The notes: generated by a model from the letters alone, not told the origin. Positions 13,386-26,700 are shown, counted from the first letter of the stretch. The stretch: 64,000 bases of DNA from Squalus acanthias (GCA_030390025.1 CM059432.1:84942001-85006000), one strand, 5' to 3'. Numbers and translations: made by a program.

Positions 13386-15084
13386 TAGGGTTGTCAACCC
13401 TTCAGAATTGTCCTACATTCACCAGGGTTTAAAGATTAATTTCCTAGACACTGCTGCGAACAACGCAGGAGAAAAAAACATCATAGGTGAATTTAAAAAT
13501 TGTGTGGTCTTCTCATCTTACATAGATTTACATCTAATTTTACAGCATAGAAACAGGCCATTCGACCCAACAGATCTATGCTGGTGTTTATGCTCCACAG
13601 CAGCTGCCTCTCACCTTACTTTATCTCACCCTATCAACATATCCTTCTATTCCTTTCTCGATTATGCTCACACTAGGACAGGATACTGCAGTGATCAATG
13701 CTCATGGAATATTTCACCCAGCAGGAGTCAACTCCTTCAGAAGGGGCAAAATTTGGCACATATATTTTTTTCCTCATTTAAGTGTTTGGATACAATGTAA
13801 GTTCTAGGTCTGCATATAAGGATATCAGGAAATGTGAAACCCTGTGTACAGATTCCAAAGCTATTGGCCCAAAAATTCGGCCGAATACGGGAGAGTACCC
13901 GCTGCGTACTTACCCGTATTCGTTCCCGAAGTGTCGGTTTCCTGCATGCACGGGAAACCGGCACTTCCGGTATGGCGAAGGGGGCGGTTCCTAAGTGAAC
14001 CGCGTGCGCACTAGAGGCTGCGCGCACGCAGCACACTTAGGTTTTTTTTCAGGTTTCAACGCGAGGGTAAGTATGGAAGATTCTACACAAGTAAAAAGGA
14101 GGCTGTAAGACCCCTTTTGAACAAGGTAAGTAGTTAATTAAGTATAATTTAAAAAATTTTCAACAGGTTTATCTTTTTTAGAGACTTTAAAGAAAGGTAA
14201 GTTTATTTTTATAACTTTTAAAAAGAATTAAAAAAATTTCAAAAATTTAAATTTTTGTTTGAAGTGGTTAATTTATTTAACTATAGTTATTTTATTAATG
14301 TGATGTTTTTTTAAAAATTTATTTGAGGTTTAGCTGTTCTTTTGGGGCCGATCTGTATTCATAGATTTGACAGGTCTTCCTGTCAAATCTATGAATGAAA
14401 GATGGTCTGCTGCCATTGGCTCTCCATGGCACACGTGATCCCAGAGGTCGCATCGCACTAACTGCGCCCCTGGGACACGCACACACTGCATGCCGGCACT
14501 AGGGAGAGGCCCAGGACCCGAAGTTCCTGTGGGCCCGAAACACAACGGCAGGCGCGGTAGGTAAGAGCGCGCACGATCCTTACCCCCGCGGCAAGCCGGC
14601 CACCCGAATTTCTAGGCCATTGTGTTTAGTAACTTATTTATTGATTGCCAAGTCAAAATCTTCCCCATAGCCTCCCAAGTGGAGCAACTTTCTTGGTGCA
14701 GTTTCTGAGTCTGGCTACTGGAACATTTGGATCATTACTTTCATTGGAGCAACAGGGGGTAAGTTACTTTCCAGCAGCTTTGCACTGGAAACTACACAAA
14801 GATGACAGTTCTGATGAGACCAACCACTGAAGTGATCATTTTTAAAATTTTGAATGGAGGAAATTCTGCACACATTAATATGATTATTCAATGGCATACA
14901 TTGCAATTTACAACAACCCTTCAGTAGATTTTACTTTAATTTTCTTTGAATACTTTTGGTTATTAATTATAAGAGTATTGGAAGTAAGAAAAAAAGGCTG
15001 TTTGACTGGGTGGGGCAGGTTTGGAGCTTCGATGTCATGCAATGAAATCTCCAGGAATACGTCCAACCAGAGCTGGCAGCCCTA
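13386..15084. mobile_element. hAT-like non-autonomous element (TAGGGTTG termini)
   Basis: TAGGGTTGTCAAC ... GCTGGCAGCCCTA inverted termini. Contains a CR1 tail fragment (about 13520-13660) and a Harbinger MITE. TSD is degenerate. Confidence 0.55.
13866..14618 (+). mobile_element. Harbinger-type MITE, copy 1
   Basis: TIR GGCCCAAAAATTCGG / CCGAATTTCTAGGCC, TSD att, GC-rich ends with AT-rich core; inverted paralogue at 28539-29302. Confidence 0.9.
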
Positions 15085-15311
15085 CCAGTGTTAAAAACCA
15101 GGCTCATGGTGAATCGGCAGCCTGTTTTCCACCACACCCAATTTCCTTTACCATTGAATTTGATTCACTATGAGCCTGATTCACGCTACTGGTGAAGACC
15201 AATTTCAACCCCAAGGTGTTTTCTTCAAGCAGTTTGCTGAGAAACAGCAAAATGCACCCACCAGGGATTGAGTAAGTTTACACATCAGTCAAGATGACAT
15301 ACTCGGTCACC

Positions 15312-15700
15312 TCAACAACAAATTGTATTTATATAACGCCTTTAACGTAGTAGAATGTCCCAAGACACTTCACAGGAGCGTTGTAAAACATAATTTGACA
15401 CCAAGCCATTTAAGGAGATATTAGGACGATGACCAAAAGCTTGGTCAAAGAGGTAGGTTTTAAGGAGCATCTGAAAGGAGGAAAGAGAGGTAGTGAGGCA
15501 GAGAGTTTTAGGGAGGGAATTCCAGAGCTTAGGGCCTCGGCAGCTGAAGGCACGGCCACCAATGGTGGAACGATTAAAATCGGGGATGCTCAACAGGCCA
15601 AAATTAGAGGAGCGCAGACATCTCGGGGTGTTGTGGGGCTGGAGGAGATTACAGAGATAGGGAGGGGGCGAGGCCCTGGAGGGATTTGAAAACAAGGATT
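15312..15700 (-). mobile_element. L2 LINE 3' end
   Basis: ORF 15342..15773 has PPYLCNLL..LRSS..GGRAFS..GPKLWNSLP..LKTYLF, the typical L2 C-terminus, followed by a short-repeat tail. Confidence 0.85.
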
Positions 15701-17489
15701 TTAAAGATTCTAGATTCATCAGCCTGCTACCACTGGAAAACAATAAAGCCCTGGTCAAAATAATTTTATTCATGCTTTAGATTCTTCCTGACTGGAACAG
15801 TAGTTACTCGGGGTTACCTATCAGTTATGTAACAAATAAGGAAATCCCAGAAAGAGAAAAGAAAAATCAAATGAACAATTCTCTCAGCTTTACTGCTGAA
15901 ACCTCTTCCTCAGTGATGAAGAGTTAACAGGTTTTTTTTAAATTTTACTTGTTATTTTAAATGTGCGATATATTTTTACTTACACTAAAGTCTTTAAAGT
16001 ACTTAGGATCCTTCCAATTTTCTCCTAATTTAACTATATTTATTTTTCTTTTGCTCTTCATTCCATTGGATTTTACTGATTTGTTAGGCAAGGGTCTTTT
16101 TCTACATAACACAATAAACAAATCACTGGGTGGCTAATCTGTTTAGTTTGCTTAAAATTGTATTGAATTTGACAGGTGGATCACAGGAAGAGATAGTCTG
16201 CGGAACCCATGTTATAAAACAATTTACCCTTTTCAATTAATGATAGAGGATGCTCAGAAAGAATTAGTCAGATTAGAAATGTTCTTTAAATATTAGGATC
16301 CATTTTTCACACAGTACTTAACATCCTGAACCAGTAACTAAACAACACTCACCTAATAGTCATTCTCCAGTCAGCTTAGGTTATACTGTGGTCTTAAAGA
16401 TCTAATGAAGAGCGAGTCTGCTTGTGACCAGCAGTAAACAGATATGCTTGTTAGATGTTCAAGCATTCTTCGTTTGCAGAAGGTGGGTCTACTTAATACT
16501 GGTGGGAGGTGCTAGAATGTGTTTACACATTGGGCCCTGCCTACTTGCTGTCCCAATAATATTAAGTCATCGTGTCAAATGAAATTATTTTGATATTAGA
16601 AATGTAACCTTTCTGCATTAAAAACTGACCAAAGCAAAAAAAATATTAAAATGAGCATGTGAAGAATGCAAAATACTTCTAAAGTTCAGTGTTTTTACAT
16701 AATTGAAGTTATAATAAATGTTTACACCCAAAGCATTAAGCATTCTTTCTCTTTCCAATGCTTTTTTATAAAAAGAAAAATAAAGCTACACGATTCATAA
16801 CTGATAAAGGCAAAAAGTCATTTGAAATGGGGACAAAATAGGGAGCCATCACTGGAGAAGGACCTTCAACATGTAGATGGAGAAGACACTGATGACAGAG
16901 GATCGTGAGGAAGAAGAAAGGCTCCAAAAATTGCCTGCAGCCAGAACTCTTCAGTAGCAGCTTATTGGAGTGCACTTGAGCTGAACAATCCCCACTCCCC
17001 TGCAGTAACAGTCAAGTCCAACATCTCTCCCAGTCCTTCCACCCTCAAATAAATTGCATCTGACCAGTATTGATATTCATGGCAACTAACATTGCAGGGT
17101 CACCAGTTATTATAGGAATGCTCTCTACATACAAAAATTTCAAAAAAAATTATCATTTTCATACCACTCTGGATGCCACAGTTATGCAACATATAACAAT
17201 GATCTAGAAAATCGTGGTTGGGTTGTATTGTAGGACCCTCCCAGATCTGCCTAGACATCTGAAATGTTGATTCAAGATGCTTATCGTTTGTTCAGTGATG
17301 ACCCCGGTGTCTGCCTAGCCTCATTGTATATGTGCTCTGCTGCTGTTTGTGGCTGTCTGTTCATGGTGTCATAAGCCAGGCTCAAAAGGATAGCCATGTT
17401 CTCCGAGGAACCAAACTTGCATGCTTCATTGTAGCTCAAATAATCCTGGCACAGTGCCTTAAAATGAAGACATCATGACTACTACCTAG

Positions 17490-18040
17490 ATAGAAGAAAG
17501 AAAAACTTCCCTTTATATAGCACCTTATCACACCCTCAGAATGTCCTAAAGCATTTTGTAACCAATGGATTACTTGTGAAGTCCAGACACGCTGGGCTGG
17601 ATTTTCCCGGGTTCCACCCACATGCTGCAGGGAACCTGGGAGATGGCGGAAAACCCGGAAGTTTGGGTTTCCCGGTACGCTGTGGAGCCCCAGGATCCCC
17701 GGCCTCCTGCACTTAAAACCTGCAAAGCAGGTTAAAGTAGAGGCCTCAGGCCTCATTATCATATGTAAATTGCCAACCTGTCTCCTGGCAGCGGGTTGGC
17801 TGCCCGCCTCCCCATTTGTGGTACAGCTGGGTACCACAAACAGCAAATCAGAGGAATGACCACTTGAATTCAGATATTGTTTGATGGAAGAATTTTGAAT
17901 AACTCACAGGAGTACTCCCTTCTTTTCTTCAAACAGTGCATTAGGATTTTTTATGTGAACCTTAACAGGCATATGGGGTCTCAGCTTAAGGTCTGATCTG
18001 AACGTCAGCACCTCTAACACTGTGGCACTCAATACTGCTA
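17490..18040 (-). mobile_element. Old Deu-SINE copy interrupted by a MITE fragment (about 17594-17835)
   Basis: Diverged match to 41703-41995; the insert begins GGGCTGGATTTT. Confidence 0.6.
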
Positions 18041-18059
18041 CTGCTACTGAAGTAACAGC

Positions 18060-18600
18060 CTACATGCTCTAGTCCTGCAGTGAGGCATGAACCCAAAAAG
18101 GAATTGCAACGTAGGAGCATCGTAGAGCCACAAGAATGCCATCAATGATGCCCTGGACTTTGGGGATTCTTCCAAGTGAAAAAAAAATATTGCCGCTGCA
18201 GGTTGCCACGGGTGAACTGCAGATTGATTGATGTTGCTGATATCCCCTGCAGCTGCTAAGAATGAGCCAGAGGACATATAAGTTTAGAACTGCAACGTGA
18301 CAATGCCTTCCTTGTTGTGGAGGCTGGCTACAGGTCAGTGTTTAGGAGATGTCACTGCCTTTCAGGGGAAGATAATTTTTTCAGTGAGTGTTCCTCAAAC
18401 ATGAGGTTTGCCTGTAAATACGGCTCTGTGGATAATAGTAGGCATGGTCAGCCCAGTCAGCTATCGTTTCACTTCTCTCTTTTCTCCCTCTTCAATTTCC
18501 TTCTCCAAATAGCACTGAAATAATTGGATTCCCACTGAAGTGCCCTTGTTGTAAATTGTAGTTACAGCAGCTGAAAATATGTCAGCTTAGATTCTTGTCC
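18060..18600 (-). pseudogene. Ancient Harbinger transposase remnant
   Basis: SGSFLAAAGDISNINQSAVH matches the HARBI1-like HTH segment of the other copies. Confidence 0.6.
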
Positions 18601-18768
18601 CAAGACCTTCAAAACTAACGTGGCAAAAGAAAAGCTGGCCAAATAACCAGTTACCAAAAATTAGACTGAAACAGCAATTTCAGTGTTCAGTAATTCAAAG
18701 CACCATTGTCTCTTTAGCTGCTGTCTTTCCATCAACACAGAGTGGCTTCCCTCCAATGCCCAGTTTAT

Positions 18769-18838
18769 GTGAACAAAAATGAGAAGTCGCACAACACCAG
18801 GTTATAGTCCAACAGTTTTATTTGAAATCACGAGTTTA
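18769..18838 (-). mobile_element. Penelope-like terminal fragment
   Basis: Reverse complement matches 50036-50091 (ctgttggactataacctggtgttgtgcgacttctcattttt). Confidence 0.65.
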
Positions 18839-18939
18839 TGTGAGTGAGACAAGCATACAGTAAATTCCCACTGGGATTCACAGGAAGTTACATGTAACTT
18901 TAATATCATAACGAAGCTCTCATCTGTTTTCTTGTTCAC

Positions 18940-19522
18940 CATAGAATCACAGAATCTTACAACACAGAAGGAGGCCAGTTGGCCCATCGTACCTGTGCCG
19001 GCTCTTTGAACGAGCTATCTAATTAATCCCAATCCCCTGCTCTTTCCCCATAGCCCTGCAATTTTTTTCCCTTTAAGTATTTATCCCAATTCCCCTTTGA
19101 AAGTTACTATTAAATCTGCAGCCACCACGTTTTCAGGCAGCGCATTCCAGATCATCATAACTCGGTGCGTAAAACAATTTCTCCTTATCTCATCTCTGGC
19201 TCTTTTGGCAATTACCTTCAATCTGTGACCTCTGGTTAGCGAACCTTCTGCCAGTGGAAACACTTTCTCCTTATTTTCTCTACCAAAATATTTCAAGATT
19301 TTGAATGCCTCTATTAAATCTTCTCTTAACCAGCTTCTCTAGTCTTGCCACATAACTGAAGCCATTCATCTCTGGTACTATTCTAGTGAATCTCCCTGCA
19401 CCCTCTCTAAGGCCTTGACATCCTTCCTAAAGTGTGAAGCCCAGAATTGGACACAATACTCCAGTTGAGATGGAACCAATGATGTATAAAGGTTTAGCAT
19501 AACTTCCTTGCTTTTGTACACT
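18940..19522 (-). mobile_element. CR1 LINE 3' end
   Basis: TRGHRLK..RRNCFTHRVMMIWNALP C-terminus with an 8-bp repeat tail (catagaat/cacagaat). Confidence 0.85.
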
Positions 19523-19524
19523 AT

Positions 19525-20175
19525 GGCCCCGATATTAATCTGAAGGCAGCTTCTGAAAGGGGGGTGGGTTTGAATTGCATGGGCAAAACTCAGAAGTCAA
19601 CTCAGTGGGTCAGAATCTGTGATCACAACAGAATTAAAGCAAATAATGCGGACTTCCGGGCTTTACGTCTCCAAGTTGTGCAGCGGGAATGATGCGCACC
19701 CGCATGATACGATCTCAGTTGCATTTAAAGGGACAATGCACAGATGCAAATTGGTGGTGTTCATGATGGATGGTGCACACAGAGCAAGGGCAGCATCCAG
19801 ATTCAATGATGCATCACTGGAATTACTGCTGGGTTGTAGTCAGGAGCAAGAGGGACATACTTTTCCCCAACAATGGGAGGAAGAAACCTGCAGCTCTCAC
19901 CAAGAAGGCGTGGTTGGAGGTAGCTGAGGAGGTGAGCAGCAGGAGCGTTGTACCCAGGTCTTGGATGCAATGTAGGTGGTGGTTTAATGACCTAACCAGG
20001 TCAGGAAAAGTGAGTGGATTTGCTGATTCAACTACATCCTGTGGTTTAAGCCCCCTCCCCCTTTCAGTCTGTCTTGCCAAGCATTCTCCATCATATCACT
20101 CCTCAGGCCCTCTCAACTTTCAACAGCACCCAGCCATCATTTTTTATGCACTTCATCACAGTACCCTAATCCTTA
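19525..20175 (+). mobile_element. Harbinger left end with Myb/SANT exon 1
   Basis: TIR GGCCCCGATATT; RARAASRFNDASLELL..KRDILFP..KKAWLEVAEEVSSRSVVPRSWMQCRWWFNDLTRSGK followed by gtgag. Same family as 32926-33691. Confidence 0.85.
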
Positions 20176-21942
20176 TGCAATGTGATCCATTTGTCTCATA
20201 GTCACCCGCTACGAAACACAACAATAAGAATGAAACCGGACAGACCACCCAGCATCGACCTCGGCACCGGCTATAGACACGGCAACGGCACACCCAGCCC
20301 AGTCGACCCTGCGAAGTCCTCCTCACCAACATCTGGAGACTTGTGCCAAAATTGGGAGAACTGTCCCACAGACTAGTCAAGCAACAGCCTGACATAGTCA
20401 TACTCACAGAATCATACCTTTCAGCCAATGTCCCAAACTCCTCCATCACCATCCCTGGGTATGTCCTGTCCCACCTGCAGAACAGATCCACCAGGGGTGG
20501 TGGCACAGTGGTATACAGTCGGGAAGGATTGGCCCGGGGAGTCCTCAACATTGACTCCGGACCCCATGAAGTCTCATGGCTTCAGGTCAAGCTTGGGCAA
20601 GGAAACCTCCTGCTGATTACTACCGACCGCCCACCCTCAGCTGATGAATCAGTACTCCCCCATGTTGAACACCACTTGGAAGAAGCACTGAGAGTAGCAA
20701 GGGCACAGAATGTACTCTGGGTGGGGGACTTCAATGTGCATTACAAAGAGTGGCCCAGAAGCACCATTACTGACCGAGCTGGCCGAGTCCTGAAGGACAT
20801 AACTGCCACTCTGAGCCTGCGACAGGTGGTGAGAGAACCAACACGAGGGAAAAACTTACTTGACCTCGTCCTCACCAATCTACCTGTGGCAGATGCATCT
20901 GTCCATGACAGCATTGGTAGCAGTGACCACCGCACAGTCATTGTGGAGATGAAGTCCCATCTTCACACTGAGGACACCCTCCATCGTGTTGTGTGGCACT
21001 ACCACCTAAATGTGATAGATTCAGAACAGATCTAGCAGCTCAAAACTGGGCATCCATGAGGCACTGTGGGCCATCAGCAGCAGCATTGTATTCCACCATA
21101 ATCTGTCACCTCATAGCCCGGCATATCCCTCACTCTCCCATTACCATCAAGTCAGTGGACCAACCCTGGTTCAATAAGGAGTGTAGAAGAGTATGCCAAG
21201 AGTAGCACCAGGCATACCTAAAAATGAGGTGCCAACCTGGGGAAGCTACAACACAGGACTACATGCATGCTAAAAAGTGGAAGCAGCATGCTATAGACAG
21301 GGCTAAGCAATCCCACAATCAACAGATCAGGTCAAAGTACTGCAGTCCTGCCACATCCAGTCGTGAATGGTGGTGGACCATTAAACAACTAACGGGAGGA
21401 GGCTCCATGAATATCCCCATCCTCAATGATGGTGGAGCCCAGCACGTGAGTGCAAATGACAAGGCTGAAGTATTTGCAACCATCTTCAGCCAGAACTGCC
21501 GAGTGGATGATCCATATCAGCCTACTCCTGAGGTCCCCACCATCACAGAAGCCAGTCTTCAGCCAGTTCTATGCACTCCACGTGATATCAAGAAATGGCT
21601 GATCGCTCTGGATACAGCAAAGGCTATGGGCCCTGACAAAATCCCGGCTATCGCACTGAAGACTTGTGCTCCAGAACGAGCCGCACCTCTAGCCAAGCTG
21701 TTCCAATACATCTATCCGACAATGTGGAAAACTGCCCAGGTATGCCCTGTCCACAAAAAGCAGGACAAATCCAATCCGGCCAATTACCACCCCATCAGTC
21801 TACTCTCAATCATCAGCAAAGTGATGGAAGGTGTCATCAACAGTGCTATCAAGCGGCACTTACTCACCAATAACCTGCTCACTAATGCCCAGTTCAGGTT
21901 CCTCCAAGACCACTCAGCTCCCGACCTCATTACAGCCTTGGT
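20175..21942 (+). mobile_element. Non-LTR retrotransposon 5' part (APE endonuclease plus start of RT), not the local CR1 family
   Basis: PDIVILTESYL, RGGGTVVY, VGDFNV, LLDLVLTN, SDHRTV (APE); KAMGPD, NYHPISLLS (pre-RT). Clade uncertain. Confidence 0.85.
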
Positions 21943-21944
21943 CA

Positions 21945-22828
21945 TGCAGAGAAACTCCAGTATGATTTGGACAGGTTGGGTGATTGGGCAGATGCAGTAT
22001 AATGTGGATAAATGCGAGGTTATCCACTTTGGTGGCAAAAACAGGAAGACAGATTATTATCTGAATGGCAATAAATTGGGAAAAGGGGAAGTGCAATGAG
22101 ACCTGGGAGTCCTTGTGCACCAATCGCTGAAGGTAAGCATGCAGGTGCAGCAGGCAGTTAAGAAGGCAAATGGTATGTTGGCCTTCATAGCGAGAGGATT
22201 CGAGTCCAGGAGCAAGGATGTCTTGCTGCAGTTGTACAAGGCCTTGGTGAGACCACACCTTGAGTATTGTGTGCAGTTTTGGTCACCTTATCTGAGGAAG
22301 GATGTTCTTGCCATGGAGGGAGTGCAGCGAAGATTTACCAGACTGATACCTGGGATGGCAGGAATGACGTATGAAGAGAGATTGGGTCGATTAGGCTTAT
22401 ATTCGCTAGAGTTTAGAAGAATGAGAGGGGATCTCATTGAAACTTATAAAATTCTAACAGGACTAGACAGACTGGATGCAGGAAGGATGTTCCCGATGGC
22501 GGGGGAGTCAAGAACCAGAGGTCACAGTCTAAGGATAAGGGGTAAGCCATTTAGGACTGAGATGAGGAGGAATTTCTTCACCCAGAGAGTGGTGAACCTG
22601 TGGAATTCTCTACCACAGAAGGCAGTTGAGGCCAATTCATTAAATATATTCAAGATGGAGATAGATATATGTCTTAAGGCTAAAGGGATCAAGGGATATG
22701 GGGAGAAAGCAGGGACAGGGTACTGAATTTGGATGATCAGCCATGATCTCATTAAATGGTGGAGCAGGCTCGAGGGGCCGAATGGCCTACTCCTGCTCCT
22801 ATCTTCTATGCCTCTATGCTTCTATAGG
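21945..22828 (+). mobile_element. CR1 LINE 3' end
   Basis: ORF 22115..22726 RPHLEYCVQFWSP..RGDLIETYK..TRGH..WNSLP; 3' UTR and TTCTATG-type tail. Confidence 0.95.
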
Positions 22829-25800
22829 ACAATGCCCCCATCCCAGGAACCAGTCTGATGAACCTTCGTTGCACTCCCTCTATGGCAAGTATATCCTTCC
22901 TTAGGTAAGGGGACCAAAACTGTACACAATACTCCAGGTGTGGTCTCACCAGGGCCCTATATAATTGCAGTAACACGTCTTTACTCTTGTACTCAAATCC
23001 TCTTGTAATAAAGGTCAACATACCATTTGATTTCCTAATTGCTTGCTGTACCTGTATGTTAACTTTCAGTGGTTCGTGTACAAGGACACCTAGGGCCCTC
23101 TGAACACCAGCATTTCCCAAACTTTCAACATTTAAAAATTACTCTGCTTTTCTATTTTTCCTACCAACGTGGATAACTTCACATTTCTCCACATTATATT
23201 CCGTTTGCCATGTTCTTGCCCACTCACTTAGCCTGTCTATATCTCCTTGAAGCTCCTTGCATCCTCCTCACTACTTACAATCCCACCCAGCTTTGTATCA
23301 TCAGCAAACTTGGCTATGTTACATTTGGTCCCCTCATCCAAATCATTGATGTAGACTGTGAATAGCTGAGGCCCAAGCACTGATCCTTGAGGTACCCCGC
23401 TAGTTACAGCCTGCCAACCCAAAAATGACCCGTTTATTCCTACTCTCTGTTTTCTGTCCATTAACCAATCCTTAATACATGCTAGTATATTAACACCAAT
23501 CCCATGAGCCCTAATTTTGTTTAATAACCTCTTGTGTGGCACCTTATTGAATGCCTTCTGAAAATCCAAATACACCACATCCACTGGTTTCCCCTGATCT
23601 ATTCTGTTAGTTACAACCTCAAAAAACTCTAACAGATTTGTCAAACACGATTTCCCTTTCATAAATCCGTGTTGACTCTCACCAATCCTATTATTATTTT
23701 TTAAGTGCCCTGTTACCACATCCTTAATAATAGATTCTAGCACTTTCCCTACTACTGATGTCAGGCTAACTGATCTATAGTTCCCCGTTTTCTCTCTCCT
23801 TTTCTTAAATAGTGGGGTTACAATTGCTACCTTCCAATCCATGGGAACCGCTCTAGAATCTATGGAATTTTGGAAAATGACAACAAATGCATCCACTATC
23901 TCTATAGCCAACTCTTTCAAAACCCTAGGATGTAGGCCATCAGGTCCAGGGGATTTATTGGCTTTCAGTCCCATTAATTTCTCCAGTACTACTTTTTTAC
24001 TAGTACAAATATCTTTCAGTTCCTCATTCTCGCTAGACCCTTGGTTCTCCACTATTTCCGGGAAGGTTTTTTGCATCTTCTTCCGTGAAGACAGACACTA
24101 AGTATTTGTTTAATTTCCAAGCCATTTCCTTATTCCCCATTATAATTTCTCCTGTCTCAGCCTGTAAGGGACCCACATTTACTTTCACTAATCTTTTCCT
24201 TTTTACATATCTATAGAAGCTTTTACAGTCTGCTTTTATGACTCTCGCTAGTTTACTCTCATATTCTATTTTCCCTTTCTTTATCAATTTCTTGGTCCTC
24301 CTTTGCTGAATTCTAAAATTCTCCCAATCATCAGACTTACTACTCTTTTTGGCAGCATTATAAGCCGCTTCCTTTGATCTAATACTATCTTTAACTTCTC
24401 TTGTTAGCCACAGTTGGATCACTTTTCCTGTGGGGTTTTTGTGCCTTAAAGGGATGTATATTTGTTGTAAATTATGTATTAATTCTTTAAATGCTAACCA
24501 TTGCTCGTCCACTGTCATACATTTTAATGTAGTTTCCCAATCTACCTTCGCCAACTTGCCCCTCATACCTACGTAGTTTGCTTTGCTTAGATTTAAGACA
24601 CTAGTTTTGGATTTAACGAAGTCACTTTCAAACTCAATATAAAATTCTATCATATTATGGTCACTCTTCCCTAAAGGCCCCTTTACTACAAGGTTATTAA
24701 TTAACCCTTTCTCGTTGCACAATACTAGCTCTAAAATAGACATACTGATCTAGAAAACTATCTTGCATACATTCCGTGAATTCGCCCTCCACACTATTAC
24801 TGCAAATTTGGTTTGCCCAGTCTATATATAGATTAAAGTTCCCCATGATTACTGTATTATCCTTGTTACATGCGCCTCTAATTTCCTGATTTATACTCTG
24901 CCCTACATTACAACTACTGTTTGGGGGCCTATAAACAACTCCCACCAATGTCTTCTGCCCCTTGCTGTTTCTTAGCTCCACACAAACTGATTCTACATCT
25001 TGATTTTTGGAGCTAAGATCCTTTCTCTCTACTGTCTTTATCCCATCCTTTATTATCAGGGCTACCCCTCCTCCTTTTCCATTTTGCCTATCCCTTCTAA
25101 AGGTTATGTATCCTGGAATATTTAGTTCCCAACCGTGGCCATTATGCAACCACGTCTCCGTTATGGCTATTAGATCAAACCTATTAATTTCTATCTACGC
25201 TATTAATTCATCTATTTTGTTGCGAATGCTTCGTGCATTCAGATTTAGTGCCTTTAGCTTTGACTTATTTCTCTTTTTCCCTGATGTCACCTTAGTCACT
25301 GATGCCTTATTACCTTTGTTACTCTCTCTGTCCCTTCCTGACCCACTCTGCTTATTTTTACCCAAAACTCTACTCTGCTCTAGAGCCTTGATATTTCTCT
25401 CGCTGCTTTTAAATTTACTCTTTCCTGAATCCTCCCGCCCCCACTTCATTAGTTTATATCCTGTCTACTGCCCTAGTTATTCGGTTCGCCAGGACACTGG
25501 TCCCAGCCCGGTTGAAGTGGAGCCCGTCCCAATGGAACAGCTCCCTCTTTCCCCAGTACTGGTGCAAGTGCCGCATGAACCGAAACCCCTTCCTCCCACG
25601 CCACTCTTTGAACCACGCATTTAAACTTCTAATCTGTTTGTCCCATGCCAATTTGCGTGTGGCTCAGGTAACAATCCAGAGATTATTACCTTTGAGGTTC
25701 TGCTTTTTAATTTGGATACTAGCTCCTCAAATTCCCTCAGCAGAACCTCATTCCTAGTTCTACCTATGTCATTGGTTCCTACGTGGACCACGACAACTGG

Positions 25801-26700
25801 ATCCTCCCCCTCCCACTCCAAGTTCTCCTCCAGCCGCGAGGTGATGTATTTAACCCTAGCACCGGGCAGGCAACACAACCTTCCGAACTCTCGGTCAGGG
25901 CTGCAGAGAACAGTATCTATCCTCCTGACTATACTGTCCCCTACCACAACTACATTCCCTTTCACTCCCCCCACTTGAATGGCCACCTGCACCATGGTGC
26001 CATGGTCAGCCTGCTCATCCATCCTGCAGGCTTTTCCCTCATCTACACAGGCAGCAAGAACCTCATACCTGTTGGACAAGGGCAAAGGCTGAGGCTCCTC
26101 CAGCACTGCACCTGGGGGCCCCTTACCTGCCTGAGTTGCAGTCACACCCTCCTGTCCCTGACCACTAACCAGACCTGTACCACTACCTAACCTAAGGGGT
26201 GTGACTGCCTCCTGGATCAAAGTGTCCAGGTAACTCTCCCCATCCATGATGCCCCGCAATGTCTGTACCTCATACTCCAGCACAAAAACTCTGAGCTGAA
26301 GTTCCTCAAGATGCAGGCACTTACTGCAAATGTGGTTGTCCGGGATCACAATGCTCCCCACAAACTCCCACATGCTGCAGTTGCGGCACACCACCTGCAC
26401 TGCCATCCCTATAGGAACTTGATTTATTTAATTAAATTTAATTGCATTTGTAATTAGGTAACTTGGTTTACAGTGTAGTTTCTTGACTACTTACTTGATC
26501 TAGATTAAGTTAAGGGTACTGAAATTAAATATCTACCTGTAACACAATGCACTACAAGTAGTGTAGGCAAAAAGCAACAACTCCTTCCCTCTCTTCTCTG
26601 AATTCCCACTCTTTCCAAATTCCCAACCAAAGCACTCTGTTCAAGTCCACTCCGTTTAATCCCACTCTGTGCAGACCGCTCTGTGCTCAGAGGAAATAAC
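22829..26700 (-). mobile_element. Near full-length CR1 LINE (ORF1 + ORF2), 3' end missing, frameshifted
   Basis: ORF1 25454-26406; APE 24697..25149; RT 23237..24076 (QHGF, YLDFQKAF, GVPQGSVLGP, FADD). Confidence 0.95.
25454..26406 (-). pseudogene. CR1 ORF1: zinc finger/leucine zipper plus SGNH esterase
   Basis: CxxC..CxxC, VVGDSIVR, HVGTND, and WDGLHF after a frameshift. Confidence 0.9.

Larger units (their letters stand above)
13358..15212. mobile_element. Harbinger-type MITE split by nested insertions
   Basis: TIR GAGCGTGAAATTGGTC / GACCAATTTCAACCCC, flanked by aag on both sides. Confidence 0.6.

Noticed and set aside
14671..14758. Candidate plus-strand exon (cccatag ... gtaagt)
   Set aside because: It lies inside a putative hAT-like element, has no recognisable homology and has no partner exons.
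22829..26700. Twin-priming inversion of a single CR1
   Set aside because: The two segments meet at the tail and overlap in coding sequence, which does not fit twin priming.
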